From: the human T2T-CHM13v2.0 reference genome, Homo sapiens
Direction: 5' to 3' (one strand)
NCBI RefSeq assembly: GCF_009914755.1
Contig: NC_060943.1
DNA: 64,000 nt
The position numbers were made by a program, and so were the translations under genes. How positions within the stretch are numbered: position 1 is the stretch's first letter; every line of letters begins with the position of its first letter. Of this stretch, positions 16,257 through 39,067 are shown in pieces. Below the pieces are notes generated by a model. It was not told the DNA's origin. It saw only the letters and a program-made list of their open reading frames with translations, and made no database searches.

Positions 16257-16741
<485 letters not shown>

Positions 16742-16789
16742 TAATCTTGTAGATTTTTCTACTTATTCTGTTAATGAAATAATTTCATG

Positions 16790-17006
16790 AGCGGTTCTCA
16801 ACCGAGGGTAATTTTTCTCCCTAGAGAGCATTTGGCAATGTCTGGAGACATTTGTGATTGGCTCAATTGGGTGTGTGTCTGTGCTACTGGCATCTAGTGG
16901 GTAGAAGCCAGGGGTGGTGACAAACATTCTACAATGCACAGAATGTCTCCCCACAACAAAGAATATTCAACTAAAATTGTTAATAGTATTGAGGTGTGGA
17001 AATCCT
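16790..17006. mobile_element. MER20 hAT DNA transposon
   Basis: GCGGTTCTCAACC...TTTGGCAATGTCTGGAGACATTT...TACTGGCATCTAGTGGGTAGA motifs. Confidence 0.85.
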
Positions 17007-17392
17007 AATTCACATTGCTTAATCTTTGAGTGTTAAACGGAACTTCATGAGAGAGACGGGCCTATAATTTTTCTTTCATGTAATGTCCTTGTAGTTTTGT
17101 CATTAAGGATTCTTTTGGTCTCATAAAATGAATTAGAACATGTTCTCTCTTTTTCAATTTTCTGGAAGAATTTGTGTAAGATAGATGCACTCTTTGCCTT
17201 CCTTTACAATCAGACCTGCCTCTGGTCACCTTTTCAACTCCAGAAGTCATTTATGTCCTTTGACCCTAAGATATTTGCTGAACCAAACGGGATTAGTATT
17301 TCTTAAAGATCAGAACTCACCTGAGCCTACTGGATTCTAGCAGGAATGGAGACAGGTAGAAAGACTCACTTTAGCCTCAGGCTTAAATATGT

Positions 17393-18086
<694 letters not shown>

Positions 18087-18511
18087 TGATTCGCATTTAG
18101 CTATTGTTCCTTGTCTATAGCACCTTGGGTAGGAACCCTATGGGAAGATCAAGGCAGGATAAAGCCTTCCTTGGGATGCTGGCCATAACACTATCACAGC
18201 AGCGATGAAATCTTACCTTCTACCACTCCCATCCACTGTGTCTTCTGTTGTTAACTAAACATTCAGCTCCTTTCTTGGGGTGGAATGCCTTTTAGTTTAT
18301 TCTACACCTTGACTGTCACAGGGGGTCAGTAATAGGGGAGAACACAAGTTTCTGGTTAGATAAATCTGGGTCGAATTCTACTTTTGCCACTATTAGTAGA
18401 GTTACCCCTAACAAAACATTTAGCTTTTCCAGTGAAGCCTCTGTTTACTCATCTGTGGAGTGGGACTTATAATGTCTACTTGTGTGGGTTAAGAAGACAA
18501 GAATTCATTAA

Positions 18512-18752
18512 CCTATTTCCCACTTGCCCTGAGAACACTCATGTTTCTAATCCTAATGTGACATCATATACATTTCTGTTACATTAGGACTAGAGACAAG
18601 TTTTGTTTAGAAATAACTTCACAAACAGTTTTTATATTTTATTTTCAAGATAAAAATCATTCAGATTTGCTTCAGCTTCAAGGAGGATGTTTATGTAAAA
18701 TTAAATGAGCACTGGCAACCAGCTGCACCTTTTCTTCTAAACGGGAAATGGG
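18512..18752. mobile_element. MER75B-type piggyBac MITE inserted in a MIR
   Basis: TTAA TSD both sides (18508-18511, 18753-18756); terminal inverted repeats CCTATTTCCCAC / ACGGGAAATGGG; internal palindrome. Confidence 0.9.
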
Positions 18753-19284
18753 TTAAGTGGTTTAGATGGCTCTCAGCCTCAAAGGGCTGAAGACAGAAAC
18801 TCTAGGCTCAATTTCCAGAAATGGCTCTCAACACCACATAGAGCTGGTCCATCAGAGGAGCTCCTGCTTCATCCAAAGGCAGGAAGCACTAAATCAGAAG
18901 ATTGCCTTAGAGTTAGGAAGTCAATGCTGGACTCAAGCCCACAAAATGTCCTCGTCCTGCCTATCTCTTTGCTCGATTCAAAATCCCATTCATGTGGAGC
19001 TAATTGGAGAAATCAAAATCACATTTTTTTTTTTTTGAGATAAAACAGACAAAAATTTCTGCTCTTGAGAAATGTATATTTTAAGATGAGACTTGTTAAA
19101 AGAGACCTCTGTCTTATTTTGTATGTATGTAGAGCCATGGAAGTCTAGAGCTTTGATGTATGATGAATATGTGTTTCAATCTTCTCTGTTCTATAATCTT
19201 GGGCAGCTATTTTAACTTCTTTGAGCCTCAGCTTTCTCAATCCTAAAGTGAAGATACAAATTCCTATCTTATCCTCAATCAGTT

Positions 19285-19872
19285 AAATGTAGAATTAACT
19301 ATATGATCCTGCAAGTTCATCCTTAGGTTACATACCCAGGGAAAATGAAAGCATACATCCACACAAAAACTTGTATGTGAGTGTTCATAGCTGCAGTATT
19401 CATAATGGCCAAAAGTAGAAACAAGTCAAATGTCTGTCAATTAATGAATAATTAAGCAAAATGTGGTATATCCATACAATGGAATATTATTCAGCAATAA
19501 AAAGGAATGAAGTACCAACACATGTTAAGACATGGATGTACCTTTCACGTAGCATATTATGTGAAAGCCAGACACAAAAGGTCACATTTTCTATGTTTTC
19601 ATTTATATAAAATGTTTAGAATGTGCAAATCCACACTCAGAAGTTAGATTAGTGATTGCCTAGGACTGGAAGCCAGGGAGTAATTAGGGTGTCATGGTTA
19701 AGGGGCGTAGAATTTCTTCTGAGGGTAATAAAACTGTTCTAAGATAGATTCGATTTTAGTAGTGATAGATGAACAACTCTGTGAATTTACTGAAAGCCAT
19801 TAAATTGTACACTTTAAATGAGTGATTTTTCTAGTATGCAAATTATATTTCAAAAAAGTTGTAAGAAGAAAA
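19285..19872 (+). mobile_element. Old L1M 3' fragment
   Basis: ATGTGGTATATCCATACAATGGAATATTATTCAGCAATAAAAAGG, ATTGTACACTTTAAATG motifs. Confidence 0.8.
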
Positions 19873-20424
19873 AGTTCTACCATGTAGGGTTCTTTGAAGA
19901 TTAAATAAGCTAGGAATACAATATACCTAGTGTACCTAGTATACATAGTGCCTGGCATTTGGTAGGTGTTCAAAATATGCTAACATTTATTCTGTTGGTA
20001 ATCCTTAACAGGCTGGTTTATACAAAAGCTTACAATTATGTTCATTGTTAACATAATACTGATGTATCCTTTCGTAATCAATGTGTGCCTTGAGCAGATA
20101 GCCCTTCTTTACCCTCAGTTCCAGCCCTTTCTTTGCTTCTTGAAATTTTACGTGTATCACAACCCAGCTCAGATGTCACCTTTTCAAAGCCTCCTTGTTG
20201 GTTCAGCTAAAAATCCTGGGCTTTCTGTATAGCATCCCCAACAAGGGGCATTCAGAGGCAAGCTCTGGTCACCATCTGGCTTGTTTCCAAATTATTTGTG
20301 AATGCACCACCTGTCCCTGTGTCCTGCCCTCTGTTTCTGGCATGGTGGCACCTGGCACAGAGGGAGTGATCCTGTAAGGAATGTGTTCACAGCACATGTG
20401 CTCTGAGTCCCTTGGCACAGCACC

Positions 20425-21327
20425 TATGGTGGGCAGAATTCTGAGATGATTCTCCTGACCTCTGCCCCCTGGTGTTAATGCTATAATTATGTGACATGGC
20501 AAGAGAAATTTTGTGGATGTCATTAAAGTTAGTAATCAGCAGACCTTATGCTAGGGAGATGGGTGGGCCTAACCTAATCACAGAAGCCCTTTGAAAGCAG
20601 AGTCTTCTTTGGCTAGAAAAGGCCATCAGAGGTTCATAGTGGGAGACAGATTTGACTTGAGGCTGGTTTTCAGTTACTGAGTTGGAGGGGTCCTTGAGAC
20701 AGAACTGAGAACAGTCTCTAGGAGCAGAGAGCAGCACCTTGGCTGGCAGCTATAAAGAAGGACCTGGGTCCGGGCGCAGTGGCCCATGCCTGTAATCCCA
20801 GCACTTGGGAGGCCAAGGCAGGTGGATCACCTGAGGTCAGGAGTTTGAGACTAGCCTGGCCAACATGGTGAAACCCCGTCTCTACTAAAAATACAAAAAT
20901 TAGCCAGGCATGGTGGCAGGTGCCTGTAATCCCAGCTACTCGGGAGACTGAGGTAGAAAAATCGCTTGAACCTGGAGGTGGAGGTTGCAGTGAGCTGAGA
21001 TTGGGCCACTGCACTCCAACCTGGGCAAGAGAGCAAGACTCCATCGCAAAAAAAACAAAAAAAAGAAAGACCTGGTTACTACAATTGCAAGGACCTGAAT
21101 TCTGCCAATGACCTGAATGAGCTTGGAAGTGGATTCTCCCCAAGAGCCTTCAGAGAAGGGCCCAGCCCAGCCAACACCTTGACTTTGGCCTTGTGGGACC
21201 CTAAGCAGGGAGCCCGGTTAAACCCACCTGGACTTCTGACTTATAGAACTATGAGGAAGTCAATAGGGATTATTATAAACTGCTACATTTGTCATAGTTT
21301 GTTGTGCTACAGTAGAATACAAATATA
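20425..21327 (+). mobile_element. MaLR LTR (MLT1-type) interrupted by AluS (20766-21068)
   Basis: GGCAGAATTCTGAGATG...GAATGAGCTTGGAAGTGGATTCT...GACTTCTGACTTATAGAACT motifs. Confidence 0.75.
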
Positions 21328-21462
21328 TCCCTCATCTCTGGAGAGCAGTTTTATTCCTATTTTACAAGTGAGGAGACCCAGAGGGGTGAAGTCACTTGCC
21401 CAAGATTGCACTGCACATGAATGACAGGGCTGAGCTACAGCCTAGGGCAGGAGTCAACAAAT

Positions 21463-21784
<322 letters not shown>

Positions 21785-22683
21785 TAAAGTTAAATATCTT
21801 AGGCTTTGTAGGCCTAAAATATTTACAATTTGGATCTTTACAGAAAATGTTTGCTGACTCTTTTAGGATCTTGAATCTGAGAATCTTGTTTCTATTGGTG
21901 TTAAGGATGTGCTCAGGTATCTTTCTATAAAGATACTCCTGCTACAGAGCTTGCTGGGCCTTGGCTGCTCAATGCAGGCCTTGAGACATCCCTGTGGAAA
22001 TGTATCATGTTCCTAGGCAGGGAACAGAGCAACCCACCATCACATCGCCCATGCTGGCCATGACATGGTGGCCTACTGTGTGCTGTTTGGAGATGGTATG
22101 GGGGTGGGGACAGGACATGACATGTGCTTACCTGCCCTCCAGATGCTGTACACAGGGGAGCCAGATATATAAGCAAATAATTAGCATGCATGGGCTATGG
22201 AAAGGTGCTCACGATGGATCACGTTCAATAAAAAACTATATGCAATGCATGCCCAGAGTTTTGTAAAATACACGTTAGGAAAAAGTTATATCAAAAATGT
22301 CACAGTGATGGGTGGTCTCTGCGTGGTAATGAGTCTTAAGTCACTGGAAAAGAACATTGGACCCCTGTCCTGGAGGAGGGAGAAAGGAGGTTCTTCCAAG
22401 AAGATCGTGGATTCTCCCATTGCTTCTCTCCTACTTACAGATTTAAAAAAAAATAGCTAATATCACTAAGCACTTACTATAAGCCAAGCACTGTCGCCAA
22501 GCATATTATATAATAACTCATTTAACCCTCATGCCATCTCTACCAGACCTATCTGATTCCAGTGCTTAGTACTTGTTTCTCCAAGTGTGGCTGCATTTAG
22601 GGGAATGTTTTTCCTTCTTTGTAGGGTTCGAAACTGTTCTTTATCTGTGAAGGGAGATATTCTGATTTCTTTTAACTGACTGA

Positions 22684-23006
<323 letters not shown>

Positions 23007-23329
23007 AGCTATCTTTTTTCCACTGGAAAAAAGAAGGAAGGCTTGCAGGTTTATTTTTGTCAGCATGTCGAGGGATATGATGTATGGACCTGGAAAGTCC
23101 TGTGAAAGCCTAGAAGAGAGACTGGTTCATACCACTTTAGGAAACTGAAGAGAAGTCACCCACAGAAGGTGACCTGAATTTTAAAGGAAGTGCATGAGTT
23201 CACCAGATGAAAGAACTTTTGTAGCCAAGGTGTGACATTAGACCCGGGACACAATAAACAGTGAATTTAGGTGCAGGAAGTGAGACTAGGAGGTGGCCAG
23301 GGACCTCATCACAAGGGTGTGGATGCTTA

Positions 23330-23905
<576 letters not shown>

Positions 23906-24370
23906 TTATTAGCTGTGAAACCCAAGCAAGGCACTGCCCTCTGAGCCTTTATGACTTAGCCACTTTTCACTAAATGTGAAAAGTGCCTGACTGGTGACCA
24001 GTAATAAGTAGGTGAAGTGGTAGCTCCTTTCCCTGCCCTGTTGAGGCGGAAGCTGGTGACCAAGGGTTCCCTCTGAGTGACCCAGCTGGTGGCAGGGAAA
24101 ATCTGAGGCTGCTTGTTCAGAGAGGGTTACCACTATGCCCGGGCAGCACGGCAGACTTGCTGCTGGGACCAGTTCTGGAGGTCAGAGACCTGGAGGGCTT
24201 GGTGTCTGACGGCTGAACAAACAAGCTGGTTGAGGCGAGGTTGCCGTGAGCCGAGATCGCGCCATTCACCCCAGCCTGGGCAACAAGAGCGAAACTCCGT
24301 CTCAAAAAAAAAAAAAATGCCGGTTTTGTCAAAGCAGCAGGTGGCAAACACTGAGTCAAAAGACTTTCCC

Positions 24371-24754
<384 letters not shown>

Positions 24755-24789
24755 CTACGGGGCTGAGCAAGGACGGTGCTTTGCGTTTG

Positions 24790-25460
24790 CCTCCCTTCCC
24801 CCAGCCCGCCCGAGAGGGTTTGCTGGGGCAGGGTGGCCCCTGGGACGGGTTCCAGACAGTTCTAGGCGCTCAGGTCCGCAGCTGTGCTACCCCCGCCGCC
24901 CGGGACGCCCGGTCCCCGCCAGGGCCCTCTCACTGTAGCTTTAAGGAGGGCTGGGGCCGGGTGCAGCGGCACCTGGAGTCTCGGTGGAACCCGGCAGCGG
25001 TGGGCGCGGACCCCGGAGAGGCTGCCCCGAGCCCGAGCACCCCCTGACCGGGCGCTCACCACGGGTGTTGGGACAAGCAGCGGAGCCTGCGGGCTGGAGC
25101 CAGGCTCGGACCCTCCGCGCCGGGGCGGGCGGCCGAGCGGACGCAGCTGGCAGTGGCGGCGGGAGAGCGCCCCGGATCCGCCCGGAGCCCAACCCCGTGG
25201 CACTTCGGCTGGCTGGGCAGCGGCGCTGGGGACAACGCGGGGCCTTCTGCAACGAGCGCCTGCGTGGGACTCCAGGGGCCGGCGCCCCGCTCCGCTCCCC
25301 CCAGGCCTCAACCCCGCTGGCTACCCGCGCTGAAACCTCACCTGCCGCCGGCTGCAAACGGACTGCGCTCCAGGTGGGTGGAAACGTCCTTCTCCTACTT
25401 TCTGGGCTCACTCGGCTCCCTGTGACGCGATCCCGCTTGCACCCTTGCCCTTCACGTTGA
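24790..25460 (+). promoter_or_regulatory. CpG island; promoter and exon-1 remnant of the duplicated TMEM61 copy
   Basis: Very GC- and CpG-dense, GC boxes (GGGGCGGG ~25122); candidate donor CCAG|GTGGGT at 25373/25374 with no ATG before it; 5.8 kb upstream of the TMEM61-like exon. Confidence 0.75.
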
Positions 25461-26947
25461 CCGCAGTGGCTGGTGGGCAGTGGGGGACACCCTGGGCTCC
25501 GCCTGGGTTTTCTCTTGCTGGTGACTTGGGCCCTGGCGCTCAGTGTCCCTGGTCGTTAGACAAGGGTGCCTTGAGCCACTTGTTGTTCAGGCGGTTTCTT
25601 CTTTACAGAAAGTGGCCCCCCACACGCCCTTCCTGGTGGCAGGAGCAGGGCAGTGGGCAGCGTTTCTGCCCTGCTCCATGGGGCTGGGGTTGGAGGCGGC
25701 TCTCCCATTCCTGCTGTCCGGACAGGAGCGGGGCCTTTCTATCCGCAGACTTTTGCTGAAGACACTGTCCCCCGCCCCCGCCCCTACGCCAGCGGCAGAG
25801 AAGAGATCCAGGCTGGCCCCGCTCCTGGTTGGTGGGCAGGGCAAGCTGGAGGGGGGGGCAGGTACTAAGTGTTGCTGTGGAAATAAAAATCATTGTAACA
25901 GGAGAATAAATGGTTTTCGTATATTTTAATTCTATCAAAAGGATATTCTTCTGCCCATTTGACAGAGGAAGGCACCACGTGGAGAAGCTTCATAACATGA
26001 GGGCCAGGGCCCATCCTCTGTCCATCCCTGGGTAACCTGCTTCCCTTACAGCTCGCTGTCTCACGCTCTCATCTTCATAACCTGCATCCCCTGGAGCAGA
26101 GATTCGAGCTCAGAGGTGTTGAGCAGCCTCTGCAAGGTCCCAGAGTTCAGAGGAGGAAGGACCACCATAGTGACAGGGAGTGACAGGTGGAGCCATCTGG
26201 TCAGGGAGCACCCTCCCCTGGCTGGAGGGAGGTGGGGACAGCCGCAGACAGGCTTCAGGGAAGGGGTGAAATGAGGGCCCTGGATGGGAGCAGAGGGTTC
26301 CCTGGAATGGGGCACAGGCCTAGTAGAGGCTTCCAGGTGATAGGAGTTTGGGGGGAGGGCATTTGAGGGAGGCAGGGCCACCCTCCGAGGCCCTGCATGA
26401 GTGCTAGGGTTGGGGGTGGGACTTCTCAGGGACAGGGGAGTTCCTGGCTTGCCCTGGGGTGGGCTTATGCATTCCAGGGCAGGTAACTCTTCTTTTCCTA
26501 GCAGGGTACAGGTTCTGGAGGTACACAGTGTAAGGGACCAGTAACCTGCTTCACCAATTCTCTGATATGGCTCAAGGAAATTCTTGGGGTGGGACACCCT
26601 GCTGACAGTTACTGCAAAAATAGTCACGGCAAAACAAAACAGGCTGTCCTTCATCCAGTAGACACTGACCCTCTCCACGTGCCCCTAATCCCCCAGATGG
26701 CAGGTTAGCACGTGCCCTGCCTGCCATGGGGGAGCCACATGGAAGGAGGGAGACCCACATAGAAGGAGATGACCATGATGCCACGTGAGACCATGCAAAG
26801 GGCAATTGCAGGGGCTGGTCCAAGGTGTGGGAGAGGTTAAGCCAGTAAGGCAGGCAGTGCATTCCAGAGTGAGAGCTGCCTATGCCAAAGACTTAACACC
26901 TGCACCCATTCACAGCATGGCCTCAACTTTATGTATTAAAAGATAGT

Positions 26948-28110
<1,163 letters not shown>

Positions 28111-28595
28111 CTAGAGCTGGGTCCAAATCCAGCAGCAACCTTGGACAAGGGGTCACCCTAGGAGTCCCAGTGTTCTTGGGACATAACACTATTGTGAGGA
28201 ATAAGTGAAGAGATGTCTGTAAAGTGCTTAGCATGGTGCCCGGCCTCTAAGTGCCCAGCACACACCTGGTGCCACCATCGTCCTGTGTGGTGTGGAGAGA
28301 AAGGGAGAAATGCACAGGGCAAGGGAGAAATGGACAAGATACTTTATATGGAGATTATGCTCATCTGTGAGAAGCAAGATTTGTGGGGATTTGTATTTTT
28401 CATTATTATTTTCCTGTGGCTTTCTCTTTTTCCCACAATGAGCAGCAGCTATTGTATCGATAGAAAGTAAAATGTGTTGTAAGTTGCCTTGTGCAGGTGT
28501 GCCCAGATGCGAGCTCCTCTAGTGCTGATAACCCTGCTGTACCCGGCTACAGGCAAGATTCTTCACCATTTGGGGTTCAGTCTCCTCATCTGTAA

Positions 28596-28970
<375 letters not shown>

Positions 28971-29197
28971 TAACAGCCTTTCCTGGCTGTCAACTTTGAG
29001 GAGTGGCAGGTAGTCAGGTTCTTTTTCTCTCTCCATGAAAATGCTTTGATCTGGAGACAGGAAGTACTTGCCCCCAGGACAGATTCACAGGAGGCGAACT
29101 GCAGGGAATTTACAAATGGCATTGTATGTGTCCAGTAGTCTAAGGGTTCAAAGATACTGGGGTCCATTCCCAGAGCACTCCTTTTACATGTATACAT

Positions 29198-29258
29198 TCT
29201 CTCTCTGTCTCTCTCTCTCTCACACACACACAGACACACACACATGCACACACACACA
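29198..29258. repeat. (TC)n(CA)n compound microsatellite
   Basis: Read directly. Confidence 0.9.
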
Positions 29259-30567
29259 TTTGTAAACATATTTGAAACTATACCCCTTTGAAATCTAAAG
29301 TTTCACCTCCTATATCTTAAAAATGTACCATGCCTTTCACCTCCCACAGGAATATGACTTTGCACCACTGTGTATTGTCGTTTGGCTGGGCAAGCCCCAT
29401 TTTGAAGGGATTGCTGGTTCCTGACATCTTCCTTAGGGTTTATGCTCCTTTGCTTCCTGCTGCACCAACTCAGCCTCTGGAAGAGCAGACGGCTGGTGTA
29501 TCTGCAAATCCTCCTCTCAGCCTGCCAGAGTGCCTGCCCTTTAAGTGATAGCAGGCCCAGGCAGTTGAGTGGTTTTCCCCAGGACAAGCTGCAGAGCGAG
29601 AACCAAATCCAGGACTGCACTCCCTCAACAGTGCTGTGGCAGCTGGAATCCTGCATTCTTGCCCCTTTCTCAGCTCTTTGCAATGGTGGGGGAGGATTTT
29701 CACCCAATGAGTATCTGCTCATCCAGCAGCACTTTCCCTCATTTCAGAAGATTTACTCAATGAACATTTATTGAGCAGCTATTATGTGCTAGGCACTGGG
29801 GGGATATAGTGGTGAACAAAGCCAGAATGGATCCAGCCCTCTGGGAGCTCACAGTCTGGGATAGTGGACAGGTGTAGCAGAAGTTAGGACAGGTGCATGC
29901 TGTGGTGAGGACAGCCCAGAGGACTTGGGTGTTAAAGTGAAAAGTGTCAGCAGAGAAGGCGTCTCAGATGAGGCTGAGCTGGCCCTTGAAGAGAGATAAT
30001 GGGATAACCTGGACCTAGGTTTCAGCCTCTTAGCATGGTCTGGGGCCAGGTTTTTACCCAGGTTTATCCCCCCATCCATGGTTTTCTTTACTTAATTTAG
30101 ATAACACTCTATATATTTCTTGGTATACTTAAGTTGAAAAAAAGTAACATATCGTAACTGTTTTCTCCTGTTATTAAACCTTTTTGCTGAGCTTGATTTT
30201 TTAAAAACTATTAATATTAGTTACTTCATCTAGAAGTTATGTCATATTTTACTTACCATTTCTTTATAATTGGACACTTGAGCATTTTTCAAATGATAAC
30301 CCTTATAAACAAGGGCATGGTGAACATCTTTTTGCACAAAGTTTTGCTCCATGTTGTTAGTTTCAGTTTCAGACATTTGAATGCTCTGTTTCAATGTTCT
30401 GTTTGCCCTAGGTCCCAGTGTCTTCTTTGTCCAGTGGAGTTAACAGCGTGGATCTCATGGGATTGTGACCACGTGAAGTAAGGCAGAGCATAGCCAGCAA
30501 ACCCTGATTCTGGCAGGCCTGGTCCACCCAACAAGTATTCATTCTCCTCCCTCTCAGCTTCCCATAA

Positions 30568-30888
<321 letters not shown>

Positions 30889-31193
30889 GTGGGTGGGGAA
30901 TCTTAATATGCAGCAGTAGATGAGGCTCCTGAGGACTGGGGAGAGGCCTAGAGTGTCACACTTAGTTCCTACCATGTCCCAGGCGCAGTGCTGATACCCA
31001 TTATCTCTGACCTTCAAAATAGTGCTGCAAAGTCCGGGACACCATCTCCATTTTGCAGATGAAGAAACTGAGGCACAGAGGTGTCAAATGACCTCTCCAA
31101 GGTTGTAAAGTGACCTAGGGTAGAGAAATACTAACACCTAGGTCTCCAGTACCTTTCATGTGACCCATTTCGTCTTCTCTCTCCTGTGTCCAG

Positions 31194-31520
31194 ATGTGTG
31201 ATGGGGGCCTCTACTATTGCATGATGGTCAGCACCATGGTGGTTCTTGTGGCTGGGACACTGCTTGACTTGGTGGAGCCAAGGGGATGCACGTGCCCAGC
31301 CTGGCCAGCTGTCCCACCCACAGAACACCCTGTGCCTGGGGACCCCAGCCCCGGCTCCAGTGGGTCAGTTCCTTCTGTTGTGGCACAGGTGGCCTGCTGC
31401 TGCTCCTCAGTCTGCTGTGGTCTGGCAGGGCCAGCACCCAGGGGTCACCTGATGGGACCCACGCCACCTTTCCAGAGGCCTGCACCACCTCACAGTGGAA
31501 TCCTCAGAGGAGAGCTGCAA
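31194..31520 (+). pseudogene. TMEM61: Unprocessed TMEM61-derived pseudo-exon (exon 2 equivalent), several frameshifts
   Basis: Acceptor CTCTCCTGTGTCCAG|ATG. Frames give [91 protein letters not shown], collinear with recalled TMEM61 ([94 protein letters not shown]). This is a pseudogenic copy, not the chr1 gene. Confidence 0.85.
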
Positions 31521-31849
31521 GTCACTGGGGCAGGGTGGGCCAGTGGTTGGGGACCACAGGTGGGGGCTTAGTCACACCATTCAGCATTTGCTTAGTAAAC
31601 TCTCATGGGGTTCCTTATCTGGGCCAGCCCTTGCCCTGTACTCTGGGGACATTCTAGAAGCCAAACAGTGCAGTCCTGAGGGAATTTAAAGCACCATGAC
31701 AAAGGGAGACAATGACAAACTAGAAAAGTTGGAGCTGTTAGAGATAGGCAGACATGATCTTATGGTGACACGGAGAAACCCAGGAAGGCTTTCTAGAGGA
31801 GGGGGGCAGCTGAGCTCAGCATGCAGTTTGTATTGCGAGCATTATATGT

Positions 31850-36436
<4,587 letters not shown>

Positions 36437-36780
36437 GGAATTTGTCACATACAGTTTATCCTAAATTCCCCTGAAAATTGGAGGTCATCTCTGGTTGCTA
36501 ATTGGCTATATTCAAAGGAAAAATAAACTTATGCTTTCATGAGAGGTAGTTTGGAAACTTGGAGCCAGGTGCGTGATGAAAGTTGGCTCCTATCTTCCAA
36601 CAAAAAGTGTGGAATGGAGCTCTATTTTCTTTGCTATTTACATTTTAAATAAATGATTTTCAGGTCCTAGAAAAAGACAGTCCTGAGTCAGAGATACTCA
36701 CAAAAGACCTATTTAGCAGTTAGAATAATTTATATATATTTCAAGTTGGCAGAAAAATAATTTAAGTATAAAAGTTTTAC

Positions 36781-37067
36781 GTGGTGACTCACACCTGTAA
36801 TCCCAGCATTTTGGGAGGCCAAGGCAGGTGGATCATGAGGTCAGGCATTCAAGACCAGCCTGGCCAAGATGGTGAAACCCCATCTCTACTAAAAACTACA
36901 AAACTTAGCCGGGCGCAGTGACAGGTGCCTGTAATCCCAGCTACTCAGGAGGCTGAGGCAGGAGAACCACTTGAACCTGGATGGCAGAAGTTGCAGTGAG
37001 CCAAGATCACACCACTGCACTCTAGCCTGGGTGACAGAGTGAGACTCCATCTCTAAAAAAAAAAAAG
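36781..37067 (+). mobile_element. AluS
   Basis: Slightly 5'-truncated Alu; AAAAGTTTT flanks. Confidence 0.9.
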
Positions 37068-37193
37068 TTTTCTAAAGTGAATGTGTTTAAAAAAAAGAGA
37101 AGAGAAAAATCTCTTTTTTCATGGACATCTGAATTCTAGTAGGTGCTGGATTCAGGCACCTGAGGGGTGACCTTGGGCATACTGTGCACATCA

Positions 37194-37805
<612 letters not shown>

Positions 37806-38751
37806 CTAGGTGCAAAGGCCCTATAAACATAATTCCTGATAGTCAAGTCTTGTTTTGTGGAGGGTGTGGCCACATCTATTCCTAGTGGGTATGTTCATAA
37901 GTAGGTGAGAATCGTGTGGTAGCAGGTTGGGGGCAGGGGGTCTGTTCTCAGAACTCCTTTCTTCTAAGTCCTCAGTCCCCTTTTACCCTGAGAGGAGATC
38001 TGGAATCACAGGACAATGTGCATTGTGACAGACTGTGTGCAGGGGAACAGAGTTTCCCTCCTGCCTAAACCCCTGGGATATTTTTTCCTGACACCAAATG
38101 TATAGAGTTTAACAGCAACCAATTCTCCAACACCAATTGGTTGTCCAATAATAACTCAATTCTGATACCATCCTGAGTCAACGCAGACGCCAAAAGTTCA
38201 GGGCTCAGTCCCACAACACTGCCCCCACTGCAGTTCCCAGCTGCGATTATTAGGGGCCCATCTATCCTTCTGAGCTACTGCCTATAAATTGGGGGCTCCC
38301 ATAACCTGCTCCTCAAGTTTAATAACTTAATATAACTACTCACAGAACTCAACAAAACACTATACATGCATTTACCAGTTTATTATAAAGATACAAGTCA
38401 GGAACAGCCAAATGGAAGAAATGTAAATGGCAAGAAAAAGCGGTGGGGGGGAATGGGGTGGGTAGGTAACAGCAACAGCTGTGATTAAAGAAATCCCCCA
38501 TCCTTTGTGTTTTCCAAGATCATTTACTGCAAAGAAACATCTTTCCTGTTTTTGATAACACAAAGCCACAGACTCTAAATTCCCTTTTTTGGGGGTCTCA
38601 TAAACAATTAAATAATAAGTTTGTCTTCAGTGGTCAGAACAAAATACTTGTTAACCAAACTTTGTCTAAGTTTCTTTCCTTCCTCAGGCTCCCAAACTTT
38701 GACCTGACCTTACTCTGAGCTGACACACAACTCCTCTTTATACCCCTCTTA

Positions 38752-39067
<316 letters not shown>

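Noticed and set aside
26061-26678. Longest ORF in the track (205 aa, minus strand)
   Set aside because: Starts at GTG, Pro-rich low-information sequence antisense to an intron; no homology recognised
31194-31520. Authentic TMEM61 gene
   Set aside because: Frameshifts, no start in exon 1, last exon absent, ZNF-cluster context
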